From: Vitrella brassicaformis CCMP3155
Lineage: Eukaryota > Protista > Chromerida
DNA: 64,000 nt
Direction: 5' to 3'
Assembly (NCBI GenBank): GCA_001179505.1
Contig: CDMY01000228.1
Span: forward strand, 96,184 to 160,183
In this document: piece by piece, positions 25,101 through 37,505 of the stretch
Layout of the letters: each line of letters begins with the position of its first letter
How positions within the stretch are numbered: the stretch's first letter is position 1
Translations under genes and position numbers: made by a program
The notes under the pieces: generated by a model
Databases searched by the model: none
What the model saw: only the letters and a program-made list of their open reading frames with translations
Told to the model about the DNA's origin: nothing

Positions 25101-28100
25101 GTGGTGTTGGTGTTGGTGTTGGTGGTGTTGGCAGTGTTCGACCGGCAGATCGGCTGGAGGACAAACGACGGCTGTCCACCGTGCCCCGTAAGGGGCTCGG
25201 TAGCCGTATTGACCGGCTACCTGAAGGTCAGTCGGACCCTCCACTCCACCACACACCTTCGATCCCTCTGTGTCTGCCTGTCTGTCTGTCAGCGGCGAAT
25301 CGTGCCCCAGGCCGTTTGAGCATCAGGCCCCCAACTTTGGTCGGGAAGGCCAAGCAGCGGCCCCGGTCTCGCGCGGCGCTGTCGTCTCTGCCGTCAGTAG
25401 CCGAGGATGGGGACGAGTGGGGTGCTCATGGTCATGATGGTGGTGGTGGTGGTGGTGGGCGGTGGTGCGACATCGTCGACCCACAGATGACGTCTGAGCA
25501 CCCATCGCCGTTAGAAGACAAGAAAGGTGGGTGAGATGGGTGGCGGGGCATGGATGTGCGTGTACGCGTGTATGGTATGTGTGGTTGGTGTCTGTCAGCC
25601 TCTACGCCGGCCAGGCGCGCGCGAAACCCGGAGAGCATCATCCGTAGCGACCTCAAGGGTCAGTCAGTCAGCAACAAGAGCACCTACACCACACGCATCC
25701 ACACACACATGTCTTGCCTTCCGCAGAGGTTTTCCCCACAGCCGACGCCATCCTCATCGCCCCGCCAGACAACCCCGCACCAGCCGCTCGCCACAGCCAC
25801 AAGGCCTCACGCAAGAGCCGATCCATGTCGCCGCCCCCTGCCACACCCACACACCCCAAGAAGCCTCAGAAGCCCCCTCTCCCTCCTGGCGCTCGTCTGG
25901 TTGCCGGCTCTGGGGCCTCCAGGCCACCTCGACCATTGATGGTGCCCACACCCAACGGGGCCGGTGTGCCGGCCTCGCCCGCCGTTTCCGTCATGTCGGT
26001 GCGGTCGATCGACAGCCGCGTGACGCCCCCTGTGAGCGTCGAGCGCATCAAGAGACGACTTTTCGTCAAGAATGCGCCACCCAAGGAGAAGGAGATGGAG
26101 AAGGAGCGCCGCCCCTCTCTGCTGCATCAGAGGATCTCGCGGGGATCTCTCGCAGGGCCTGCGCCCAAGACAGCGGCGAAGGCGGCGGGGCGCCGCGAGT
26201 CGTTGGCGCGGCCGGACGAGTGGGAGTTCACTGAGATGGAGGATGGCGAAGCGGTGCCCCTTGATGCAGACGAGGGGGGGGACCTAGACGAGGGGGGTAT
26301 GGGTGATGTGTGTGTGGGTGAGGGTGATGGGTACGGCGCGGGGCGCTTGTCAGTGTATGAGCGATTTGAAGAGTGGGCGGATGAGTCTATAGGTAGGTGA
26401 GAGAATGGGTGAAATTGGGAGGAGGAAGGACAGGCCGGCCATAGCCATCCATCCATCCATCCATCCATGTGTGTGTGTGTGTGTCTGTCTATCTGTGTGC
26501 AGTCGGGGAGGAGGAGGCCGCTGTGGTCGATGCTCAAGAGGACACCCAGAAAGCCAAAGACGCAACACATGGCAAGGTAAGGCAAGACAAGACAAGACCC
26601 ACAAGCAACCAAACACAAAGGCGCAAACACACACACACACACACACACCCATCCCTCCCATCCCATGTGCAGCTCGGCGTCGATGGCACCCCCGCTGCTG
26701 CGGCGGCGGCGGCGGCGAGTGTAGAAGGAGGTCTGCAGCGTCCTCGCGCCAAGTCAATGCTGCCCCGCCTGCCCTACAGAAGCACCAAGCCAAAGCCTGC
26801 TGCTATCCAAACAAGGGACAAGCAGACGACCGAAAGAGGTGAGGCAAACTGACAGCGACAGTGACACGCACAAGTCAAGGGCATCGCCGACCTTTACCCC
26901 CTCCCCTCCATGTGTGTGTGTGTGTGTGTGTGGTTTAGGGGTTGGCGAGACCTATCGTGGCGCGACTATGGCTCCTGCAGACTTCAACTTCGATGGCTTC
27001 GGTACGCCCCATGCACACACACATGGGCTTCTTAAGGTGTGTGGTGTGTGCTACCCGCCAGACGAGCTCTCTGACAACGAGCAGGCGCTAGAGCTGATCC
27101 GTCAAGCAGTCAAGAAGGAGTACGACGCAATCGAGGCTCAATTCGGGGCAACGAGCTGGCAGGCCAGACTCGGTCAGTCATCGTGTGCCCCTCCTTAATG
27201 GCGTGGATGGAAAGGCCGATGGGTGGATGTGTGTGTGTGTGGTTCTGCCTGCAGCTGCACGGGTGTGTGACGACGCCATTCGCCGGACGTTTACACGGAT
27301 GGAGGAGGAGGCGAACGTAGAGGAGGTACGTGCCCACCCAGACCAGACCCTCAAACACACAGAGACAGATACACCCATTCCTGTCATTTCTGTACATGTC
27401 TGTCGGCAGGATTCGCCGCCAGGAGGCGTATCGCAGGAGGTCACATTCACACACACACGGATCGGATGGAGGCCAGATATCTCCACCCATCCATCCAGCT
27501 TTCTGTGTGTGTGTAATGGTCAGCTGGCGTGCGTGTTGAAGGAGCAGCACCTCGGCAGAGAGATTCAGCAACTCCAGCACACACGTGACAAGTAAGGAAC
27601 CACCCATCCATCCATCCATCCATGCATGCCCTCCACTGTCGCGTGTGTCATGTGTTGCTTTGTGCAGGTTGACGGCCAAGATAGCTCAATGGGAGGCAGC
27701 CATCAAGGAGTACCCACCCGTCCCTCACCAAGGCCAACAACAGGACACTGCAGAGCAGACCACAGACGACACACAGCAGAAACCAGGTGGTGGCGGTGTG
27801 TCGACTGATAGTGGTGGTGGTGGTGCTGGTGCTGGTGCAGCCGATGCTGCCCCGGTGGAGCCACAGCATGACGCGTCAATAGCACTGCTGAGCAAGGTGA
27901 GAATGACGCACACAGACACAGACACAGACATTGATGGATGGATGGATGGATTTCCCCTATTGTTTATTGTCATGGTTGGTAGGTGGAGGAGGGCCAACGG
28001 CGGCTGTCACAGATCGACCGATGGCTCTCAAACACGGTCCAGCCAATACAGGTAGGTCAGAACCATGCATGAGTACGGACCCACTGCACTCGCCCCCACA

Positions 28101-28514
28101 CGCCTGCATGTCTGTCTGCGCCTGTCGCGCCGCGCCCAGGAGGACTTCATTCGTCACCTGGTAGCGTCATCGTCCCAGTACGCACCCCCCCGGCCCATCC
28201 AGGACACCCCCCGTGCCATGCGGCTCGTGGGCCGACTCGCCAACGCCATGCAAGAAGAGGTACACGTACACCACACGCACCCACCCCTGCCCTGTCTGTG
28301 AATGAATGCATCGATGTGCGTGCCTGTCATGCAGATGAGCCGCCGCCCCTCGGCGCGTCAGTCCCTTACCGGCGGTGGGAGTCCCGGGGGCCGGTCCTCA
28401 GGCGCACCCACTGTGTCAGTCCCGCAGCCACGCCCGGACACTCGGCTGCCACGCGGCCCTCCGACCGACAGTGGGAATGCGTCAGAGAGGGAGGGTGATG
28501 GCACCAAGGGGTAG
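22121..28514 (+). CDS. Very large low-complexity protein with internal exon-intron duplication and C-terminal helical/coiled-coil domain
   Basis: Start MAKRPPKPK|STVSHAP splices in frame into ORF 22216. It continues through ORF 23102-25534, exon 25714-26395 and about 10 small exons (DELSDNEQALELIRQAVKKEY..., LKEQHLGREIQQLQHTRDK|LTAKIAQWEAAIKEY) to a stop at 28514. Confidence 0.65.
22976..24050 (+). repeat. Tandem duplication (~550 bp period) containing exon end, intron and next exon start
   Basis: GPQATPPGNYR(F/Y)FARAGLQPVHIERTPSSAFPGCSPSP(Q/H)|gtaagtgctcgaaatgcgatactgtgctcgcctttggcatt occurs with donors at 23098 and 23648. Confidence 0.9.
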
Positions 28515-28967
28515 CGTAGCGGAGATGGACGGAGGTTGGACACACCGGTAGCGAGACGCATGAATGCACATCACGTATGGCATGCGTGTGTAGCCAGCTG
28601 CATTCCGTTCCCACGGGCTGCCTAGTTCATCAAACACATATACATGGATGGCATGGGCGGGCGTATGCTATGCGCTGTGTGTGTAGCCATGCTCATATGA
28701 CGACTGACTGGATGACCGACTGACTGACTGACCGGGGTACGGTGTTTGGATTGTGTGTGAATAGACAATGGAAATGGCCGCTCAAGTGGGCTGAGGCAGA
28801 CATCCCCGCGGCTGCAGGGCTCATTTGCAATGGAAGAAAGCGAGTCACGCTCTCACGAACACCATCAGCTCGCAAATTTCTCCCTGAGTTTTTCATCGTT
28901 TTTCATCGTTAGGCAGTTCTTCCCGGCCTCCAGCACCATCGGGCGCCGCCAGCTGTGCATACGGCTC

Positions 28968-31137
28968 ATGGCGTCCGATGGTGCTCCCCTGCCTGAGGTC
29001 CTCAGCCTCCCGCCCATCGTAGTTACTGCACCAAAGCAGCAGCTGGAGCAGCACCCAATCCACCAATTGCAGCAGCAGGTCATTCACAAATCATCAACGC
29101 TCAATTGGGAGGTGCCGAGGGGCGATGGCGAGTCCCTCAACCTCCTGGCCACATCCTCCACTGTTGATGCATCAGACAAAGATGGTGGGCGTGGAGGAGA
29201 GCAATGCACGAAAGGACCTGTGACTGCCATCTCATTGTTTGCTCCCGCTCTCCGTCTTGTCTGCCCTTCAGGTCTAGTAGTTCCCACTCAGGGGGATGTA
29301 CCACGCGAGGACGACGGCGAGCCCACCCAGCTTAAGAACCACACTCCCACACCGGCCGCCAACCAGCAGCAGCCAGAGGAGGGCGCCACCACCAAGGGCC
29401 AACACCACGGTGTCGATGAGTGTGCGGTGATGTATGACGCCTTGATTGGAGGAGCCGGTGGAGGGTCGAGCAGTGATGGCGTGAAGGTCAGCAACAGCAG
29501 CGGCGGGTATGGTGAGGGCGAGGCCGAGGGTCCCACTGGCAGTCCGCGGCCCCTCCGACCCGCCTTCGACACACGGTGTGTGGTGTGCAACACCGCAATG
29601 GGCACCATCATCATTTGCGAGTCCTGCGGCAAGGGCGTGCACATGGAGTGCAACAACCCGCCCCTCCACGTACGCCACGCCAGCCAACACACAACGCACA
29701 ACACACCGCCTCTCCCCCCTCTCTGTGTCCGTGTGTGTCCGTGTGTGTCCTCCATCGGTCAGGAGGATCAGATTGAGTGGGGCACTCCATGGCGGTGCGA
29801 CGCCTGCACGCAGCTTTCTATGACGACCCTCACGCCGAGCGAGATGCAGTCCTACGCCCACCAGCTGCTGCGGCGCATCGCCTTCTCGGGCGTCACCTTC
29901 GTCCACTGGGAGCGATACACCGACCGCAGCAGCGACAACACGACGGTGGCCAGCCTCATGAATGGCCACGAGGGGCGGTCAGCTGCTGCCGAACACACTG
30001 ATAGAGCCACCGGTGAGAAAGGGAGCCAGGAACACCCACAGGTGGGTGCGTGTGTATCCTGTGTTGTGTGTGTGGCGTGTGTGTGCAGGTTGCTTTGCGG
30101 TGTATAAGAAGAGCGAGTCCGAGTGGCGTCTGATGGCTCGTGTGACCCCCTGCGGCAGTACCCCAGCCTCGGTGCACGAGGCCCTGACCAAGGCCCTCGA
30201 GCAGCGGCAGCATCTGCTGGAGGAGGACGAGCTCGACGCCCCGCGACACAACACACGCGGCTACGGCTTGAGGCACAAGAGCAAGCGCAGAATGCCGCCC
30301 GGACTCGCTGACTTCACCGTTGCCGACTTCTCCAAGAAACATAGAGGTCCGACAGACACAAACACAGACAGAGAAACGGAGAGAGATGGCGTGTGTGATG
30401 TCTGCGTGTCAGGTGGCGATTGGGAGGTGAATTCCTCGGTGCAGACGAGTCGGATGGCGTGGGAGCTGCTGCAGGGCCTGGAGCCGCCCTCGCCAGACCA
30501 TCCGATGCGCCCCAACGCCCCCAAGCCATCCCTGCCGTCCGGGCAGCTGCCGCTGCTGGGCCAGCGGGGCATACAGTGGAGCGACGAGTTCGCCGCGTAT
30601 GCCGTGATGCGCAACCAGATGGGCAAGCGGACTGTACGCTACTTCGCACCCGCCACACATGAACTGCCAAAACTGCAGGAGTAAGATCACGAAGGAAGAC
30701 ACACACGCGTCTTGCCCATGCACCTCTCCCTCTTTCTGTCTGCCTCCGTTTCCTGAATCTGTCAGCGCCCTGTTGGCCGCCATCGAGTATCGCGATCGCG
30801 TTTGGAGTTTGGGGCAGGGTGACGAGAGTTCCCTCAGCTGCCTGGGCCCGTGGAATAAGGGCCGGCCTCCATTCCAGCTGGCCACCGAGCCATCCCCCCA
30901 CCAGCCGGCACAATGGAGACCAGACCCCCCTGCCGTCAGATCCAACAACCGCGGCCGGTTTAGCGCCACCAACCAGCCGAGGAGGCGGGGCCGCAAACCC
31001 GTTGCCAAGGCAGTCGCGGACCCGACCCCCCACACACACGACTGCGACGATTGGGAGAATGGCGAGGTCGGTGCCGGGGATCGCGATCGCGCCATGGACG
31101 TGGACATGGACGTGGACGTCGATGGTGAGGGTGATGA

Positions 31138-31170
<33 letters not shown>

Positions 31171-32179
31171 CGACGATCGCGCCCTGAGCCATGCGGTGGC
31201 TCGGGCCGTCAGGAAGAAGTCGCTCCTCAAAAGCAAGAAAGGACAGAACGGGACGGCCACGGCCACGGCGACCTCTGGCGGCAAGGGCGAGGGTGTGACC
31301 GTGACCAAGAACGAGACCATGAGCAAGAAGGATAAGGAGAGAGGTTGCAAGGGCAAGAGGGGAGGCAATGGTGGCGGGGATATGGGTGGAGGTGGTGTGA
31401 AGGGGGCCAAGGGCGATTCGGTGGCGGGCCATGGGAATGGGAGTCCGGGGAAGAAGCCGGTCAGCAGGGTGTCGGGCCGCAGACGCAGACTCAGCTCCAA
31501 ACTCAAGACCGGTGGGTGGGTCGGTGGGCGGGGTCAAGGCAGACACACAGCCAGACGGTCACAACGCATCCATCCTCTCTCCGTTTCCGTCTACCACCCA
31601 GACACGGCAGCCGGCGATTCCTGCGAGTTTGCTGTGCATCAGGACGGGGGCGGGGCCGGTGGGTCGGGGTCGGGCGCTGCGTCTCCACCTGCCTTGGATG
31701 AGCGTCAGATGGAGCACAAGTCGTTGGCCAACTCGCTGATCGCTCTGATGGAGGGCCACGCTGATGTGGCGATGAGCGGCATCGGCAAGAAGGGCATCAG
31801 CTGGGTGTCCTGCCGGGGCTGCTTCCAGGTCCACTGGATGTGCAAGGGGCAGCGCAGGAGCAAGTACTTCCACCCCAGCACACAGGACGAGGACGGCCTC
31901 AAGCGGGCGCTGAGGAAGGCGCTGCTCCACAGGAACGACGTGTGGGGGTCCCCCGGACCCACCAAATGTACACAGACACACACACACACACACACACACA
32001 CATAAACATCTGCCACTGTCTGTGTCTGTCTGTCGGCAGCTGGGATGCGTTTGTTTGCCGAGGCGGTCCGCGATGACGACCCCGATGGCAGCGAGGAGGC
32101 TCAGGACACGCCAACGCCCACGCCGCCCGAGAATGCGGACGAAGACAATGACAACAAATCTCGCATGAATGAGGAATGA
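28968..32179 (+). CDS. ApiAP2-type transcription factor with N-terminal PHD finger and three AP2-like domains
   Basis: PHD: CVVCNTAMGTIIICESCGKGVHMECNNPPLH|...WGTPWRCDAC (29575-29810). AP2-like 1: FSGVTFVHW...|CFAVYKK...VHEALTKALEQR. AP2-like 2: RGIQWSDEFAAYAVMRNQMGKRTVRYF...ALLAAIEYR. AP2-like 3: KGISWVSCRGCFQVHWMCKGQRRSKYF...ALRKALLHR. Last exon stop at 32177-32179. An alternative in-frame ATG lies at 28830. Confidence 0.8.
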
Positions 32180-32900
32180 CAGGTGCGTGGCTGTGCATGG
32201 AGAGACCGGCGAAACGCACCCGTGTCCGCATTCGTCCTTTGCGTGTGCAGGTGTCCTTTCTGCATCCCGGACCCCTTTCCACTGATGGTTGGGTGTGTAT
32301 GTATGTATTATGTGAGTGCGTGTGTGTGAGAGCAGAATTCGGCTGCGTCCTGACTGCCTGCCTGCCTGCATACCTGCCTGGTTGCCTGCTGTACATGGGT
32401 CATGTGTGTACGCTGTTTGGCTGTTGATCTGTCTGTCTACCCTCCCTCTGCTCTGCAAGGCCGGCCAGGACCCCGAGAGAGAGAGACCTTTCTCACCCTC
32501 ATGCTAGCACCCTTACACGCACACATATGCACACGTGTCAGGACCATGTATACTGATTGGATGCTTGTGTGGATGGCCTGGCTTGGCTGCCGTGGGGGGG
32601 TCGATGGACGGATTGAGGGAGGTAGTGTCATGTTCATTCAATACATCATGTCACTACATTGCGACAGTCGAGCTCGCGAGTCCAATGCACCCAAACATGC
32701 GGAATAAAATCCAGCACCGCTCACACTCACTCACACACGTGCATTCAGTCAGTCATTCACCAAAGCCTACCAAAGCCTATCTATTGACCACATCTTCTGG
32801 TCTATTCTACACGTGTGACGGGGGGGCTATCCGCCCATCCATCCATCCATCCATCGTCTAGCCTCTCTTATATCTATCTTCTCTCATTGGTGGTCATCAA

Positions 32901-33525
32901 TCACTGCGTCTTCCTCAGTGAGGTGTCCTCTGGAGGCGGCGGGCTGTGGAACTGATCCCGGTACAGCAGATAATACACACCCATCCACACCAATGACACA
33001 CCTGCACGCCACACAAAACAACCAAACCACACCCACCGCACACAGAACCATCTCCCCGCCTGTCAGGCTGCCTTGAGCGAGTGCATCGCTGCTCACCTGA
33101 CACCACGGCAGGAGAGAGGAACCCCTTGATGGACAGCGTCTTGAAGACGGCCAATTCGGAGGTGAAGTGGCCGAAGGCACAGAGGAATGAGAGCCAGGTG
33201 ACGCCAAAGAGGGTGGCGTTGTGGAGGTCATAGGCGCAGCTGGACGTGACGATGCACGTCACCAGCGTCCAAATGCCGAACGTCCGCCCATACAAATCGT
33301 TCACTGCACCAGCCAGCCAGAGGCATGAATGACGCGATGGATTCAGTGGTGAATCGTGGCAAGATGTTGCGTTGCGTTGTGTGTGCGCGTGGGTCACCTA
33401 CCTTTGTCCGGTTGGAGGTCGAAGAGCTTCTTTTGGAAGATGGCGACGTCGAAGAAGCCGAAGTACACCGACACGGCACGCAGCGATGCCGCGAAGAACA
33501 GCCACGCCTGCAGATAGATCTTCAT
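32901..33525 (-). CDS. ERG28: ERG28-like sterol biosynthesis scaffold protein, 3 exons
   Basis: MKIYLQAWLFFAASLRAVSVYFGFF...KKLFDLQPDK|VNDLYGRTFGIWTLVTCIVTSSCAYDLHNATLFGVTWLSFLCAFGHFTSELAVFKT...SPAVVS|GVSLVWMGVYY...* matches the ERG28 family pattern (RTFG.WT, HF.SE). Confidence 0.92.
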
Positions 33526-33554
33526 CTTGATTGAGAAGCAACGCGGAGGGTTCG

Positions 33555-33590
33555 GTGAAAGTGATCGGAAAACAACCTGCAATGGGGCTC
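33555..33590. promoter_or_regulatory. Candidate shared promoter motif, copy 1 (GTGAAAGTGATCGGAAAA...TGCAATGGGGCTC)
   Basis: Lies in the short divergent intergenic region next to the ERG28 start. A similar bipartite motif occurs at 37506-37550. Confidence 0.35.
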
Positions 33591-33753
33591 ACTTATGTCG
33601 CAGGAGGAAGGGGACACGGTTTGGGACGGAAAGGCTCCTCTGTGCAACGCGAGAGGCCGCTGCTGAAGGTCTTTGAATCATCAATCTTCCGATCGGTGCT
33701 CCGGCGAGGTCTGGCCTGAGTCCGGCCTACTCATCCCATCCCAGCGAGCGAGG

Positions 33754-34398
33754 ATGAGCCAAATCGAGGTGTGTAACGTGGACATGCCCGACGCGGCCCT
33801 CTACCAGTTCGCACTGTCTCGCCTCCCACCGCCCAGCCAACCCGCCTCCTCCCGCCCCTCACTCGCAAACCTCAAGACCCGCCTCAGCCAGGGCAAGCCG
33901 CTTTCCCTCCTGGGCAAGGATGCGAATGCTGCTCGCCTCACGGCCTCCATCGCTGACCTCGAGCCGTTCAAGCGCGGCCTCTTCGGTGAGGCGCCCATCG
34001 TGGGAGGAGGAGGAGGGACGGCCGTGACGATCAAGAGCCCGTCGGCCAAGGAGGGAGGCGACGGCGACCACCGTGAGATCTTCCCCAACACGCCGCCCGA
34101 CGCCCCGCCGCTGTTCAACTGGACCAACCAGATGGCGGCCAACGCGCGACTCATGCGCCACCTGCAGACCCCCAAGGCATCGTTCGCCGCCTCGCCCCTC
34201 AATCAGGCGGCCATGGACGAGCTCGACGAGCAGCAGCTGGAGAAGGGCCTGCCCACCAACGCATTCAACATGGCCATGGAGGGCGAGGGCGAGGAACTCA
34301 TGGATGAGGAGGAAGACGAAGAGGCGGGACACAGGCGACGACCCATCCGCGCCAAGCTCCACCACCGCACCACCGGCGACGCGGGCAAGAATTCATGA
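33754..34398 (+). CDS. Hypothetical intronless protein (~214 aa) with acidic C-terminal tract
   Basis: Uninterrupted ORF with coding-like C/G third positions and no microsatellite interruptions. Divergent from ERG28. Confidence 0.65.
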   Translation: MSQIEVCNVDMPDAALYQFALSRLPPPSQPASSRPSLANLKTRLSQGKPLSLLGKDANAARLTASIADLEPFKRGLFGEAPIVGGGGGTAVTIKSPSAKEGGDGDHREIFPNTPPDAPPLFNWTNQMAANARLMRHLQTPKASFAASPLNQAAMDELDEQQLEKGLPTNAFNMAMEGEGEELMDEEEDEEAGHRRRPIRAKLHHRTTGDAGKNS

Positions 34399-34996
34399 GG
34401 GGGTCATGAGCCATTGGGGGCAGTGTTTGTCGGTAGCGCTGATGCGCTGAAATGCTTTTCAAGTGTCCTGCCGCGCACACCATGCGGCCGATGCTCGGAC
34501 ACAGCAACGGGCAGGTCTGTTTCCTGAGGACCTCATCTCTCGAAGGCCCTACAGGGCGACCTGCACGTTTGCATGTCAGGACCGGCCGTGAGGGATTGGT
34601 TTGGGAACGAGATGTGATAAGGGTCGGGTTTGGGCTGCATGGTGGTTTGGTGGTGCGTGCGCTAGTCGCTCATGTGATTGCGGTTGATAGGCTGTTCGGT
34701 TTGTGTCGGACTGCTGCTGTCATTCATGTCGTGTGATGCGCTTGTGTTCCCGTGATTGCCTGTGCCTTTGCCATGCATGCGAATACATTGCCGACTCCAT
34801 TCTTCTGTGAAAGCGAAGTACACATATGTTGCAGTGGGCACCGGATTGTGGTGTGTTGTCAACGACAGAAAGAAACACAGCCAAGTTCCATGCGCAGTGA
34901 TTGTCAACTGTACAACTAGATGGAAGGCCACGCACATGTTCGTCACGAATACAAGCACACACCACACCCACACTACTGTCCCCCTTCACCCCTCCT

Positions 34997-37416
34997 TCAC
35001 GCCAGCTTGTACGCTTCGAGCTCATCAATGTCGAAATGCCATCCCCTCACTGACACAGGCAGGAACACTCGTTCACCGTCACTGACATCGCCGTGGTCGC
35101 TCGGCCTCACACTCGGCCGCTCCCACTGCCGCCACTCGTCGGGCTCATCTGCTTCCACCATGTAGCCTTGGCAGCGCTTGAGCTCCTCGTCGCTGGCTGC
35201 TGCAGGTGCGCCGATGTGGTGGGCCTGGGCGGCCGGACGGATGGCGAAGATGAAGCAGTAAGGAGCGAGGACGGCCGTCACGTCGGAGTCGGGCGAAGAG
35301 AAATCGATGAGCTCGGTGACTCTCTCCTGCACACATGGATAGAGAGGAGACCATCACCATGACTGCCTGGCTTATTGGAATGAGTACCCACCTGTGTGCC
35401 CGCGATGTCCATCTTGTTGTTCCAGCCGATGTAGCCCACATATGGGTGGCTGTCGGTCCCCCGCAGCTTCAAGGCGTGTGATTTGATGTCGTGGGTGCTC
35501 TCGGTCATCTCTGTGACCTCGATGGGCCCCTCGATGAGGACGGCGAAGAGCTCGTTGCTGTCGGCCACACGGAAGATGAGCACCAGGGGTGAGTGGCCCT
35601 TGACGGCATGGAAGAAATTTAACCACCTCCAACAATCCACAGTCGCCCTGACGCGACACACGTACAGCAAGGGCGAACAGAGAGACAGAGATGGCTGGCT
35701 GATCCGATCCCTGTGTCTGTGGGTGCCTTTCCGTTTTCTCACTTGTATATGCGCATGACTGTGTCGCCCACACGTGGGGGGATATTGTCGGGTGCATCAT
35801 CTCTGCCCTCACACCACTCTCGCATCTGCTGCAGGTGTCGTGTCTGGAGAAGGCCATCAGCAGGACCCAGATAGCGATCGGCATCCAAACCGTACCTGAC
35901 AGACCAACACTCATACCCCAGAGAGAGGTGAGCCTTTCTCTCCCGTCCGACCCATGGCCTGGTGCCCCTTCTTACATGGTGAGTGCGTGTCGATATCCTT
36001 TGAGGTCCGCCTCGCCCACCGCCCCCTGCACATCCAGCGACGTGAGGGCCGTCCCCTTCATGTGCGCCCGCGCTGCCACGTCCACTATGCGCCGCACGTA
36101 GTCCACCGCTACATCGAGACTATTGGGGTCATACCTGACACACAAAGACAGACACCCAATGAATGACTGTTTTCTTGTCATGGTAGCGGTTACTGCTCAC
36201 TTGAGGAATCGGTTCGCGAATAGCGAGTCCTCGCCGAGCGACTTGGCCACGCCTTTCGTCAACGTCACGCTAAACCCACACACGTCAACCGACACCAACT
36301 GACACCATCGGATACCACGGCAGGGAAGGGATGGCACACAGGAGTGAATAGCTCGTTCTGTCTCCTCTCTTTCCTTCTGTCTGTCTATGGTTGTCTTGCT
36401 TACCGAATCCTCCTCGCTATTGCCCGTCTTGAGCAGCGGTTTGATGGCCTCCAGCCTCGCCTCGTGCGCTGCCTTGTCCTCCAGCCCCTTGCCCGTCACC
36501 ACGCGCAGGTTGTCGCACATGGTCAGGTGACCGCCCGTCGGCTCGCCACCCGCCCCTTGCTCTCCACCCGGCCGCTGTTCTATATGCCCCTGCTGGCCGT
36601 CCCCTTGCTGCTGTTCCTGGTGCTGGTGCTGGTGGTGGTGGTTGGCGCGCCGTTTGGTGGCAGGGTCAGACATCAGCAACTCAACCCAATACCTGAATAA
36701 GAACAACCAACCGCAGCAGGCCGTGTCACTCAGGAAAGCCAAGACGCGCAGCGGTATGGCTTACGTGAATGGGGCGTCGCTTTGTCTGGACGGCGGTATG
36801 ACGATGCTGTCGATGGTCTGCTCTCCAACGTACGTGATCAGCTGCTGAACCAACCTGTCAGATACACACAATCCACATCCGTGCAGAGAAGGCAGTGTGA
36901 GACCCACACACGGCCACAGACGGGTGCGTATGCCATCTCTCTACCTACCATATGAACGCATCTGAGAAGACCTGAAGGAAAATGCGCTTGTCAGCGTCTC
37001 GAATGAAAGCATCATCAAACCGGCCACAGAAGAGCAGCGCCATGACGGTCCCCTTGACAGCGCAGAGTGTCGAGCGACGCGCACGAAAGTGCTGCCCGGC
37101 CACGTTGAAGTCCAGCACATCACCCATACAATCGGCCTACAGCAACAACACCAGCAGCAGCGATGCAGACCACTTCCCTTTCTCCCTCTTTCTGTGCGTT
37201 CCTTGGATCTGACTGTTCTTACGGATGCTTCTGGTGTGCCGCCCATCTCTCTCTCCCTGTCCATCAGATCTTGGCGTATCTTGCGCATGGCCTCGGCGAT
37301 GGAGAGGCCTGCTCAATGCTCTCGTCGATGTGGACGAACTCATCATCGGTCCTGTCACCGCCGTGCGGCCATTTGCGCTTCTCGCCAGCTGCGGCAGCTG
37401 CCGCAGCAGCAGCCAT
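34997..37416 (-). CDS. BTB/POZ (KCTD-like) x2 plus TLD-like domain protein; apparent frameshift near the 5' end
   Basis: GDVLDFNVAGQHFRARRSTLCAVKGTVMALLFCGRFDDAFIRDADKRIFLQ (BTB). Second BTB-like LVSVDVCGFSVTLTKGVAKSLGEDSLFANRF. C-terminal FFHAVKGHSPLVLIFRV...FAVLIEG and WHFDIDELEAYKLA* (TLD-like ending). A frame change occurs at ~37312. Confidence 0.7.
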
Positions 37417-37505
37417 GGGATGCGATACCTCTACTGATTCACCTTCTTGAGGACGTGTGACCCATTGCAACAAACGGAATCCGAACAGCGGATGTAGGGT
37501 ATTGC

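Noticed and set aside
32884-33397. ORF-track C-termini for ERG28 (…DDHQ* or …RTPH*)
   Set aside because: The third frame after the acceptor at ~33003 gives GVSLVWMGVYY, the expected last TM, with its stop at 32901.
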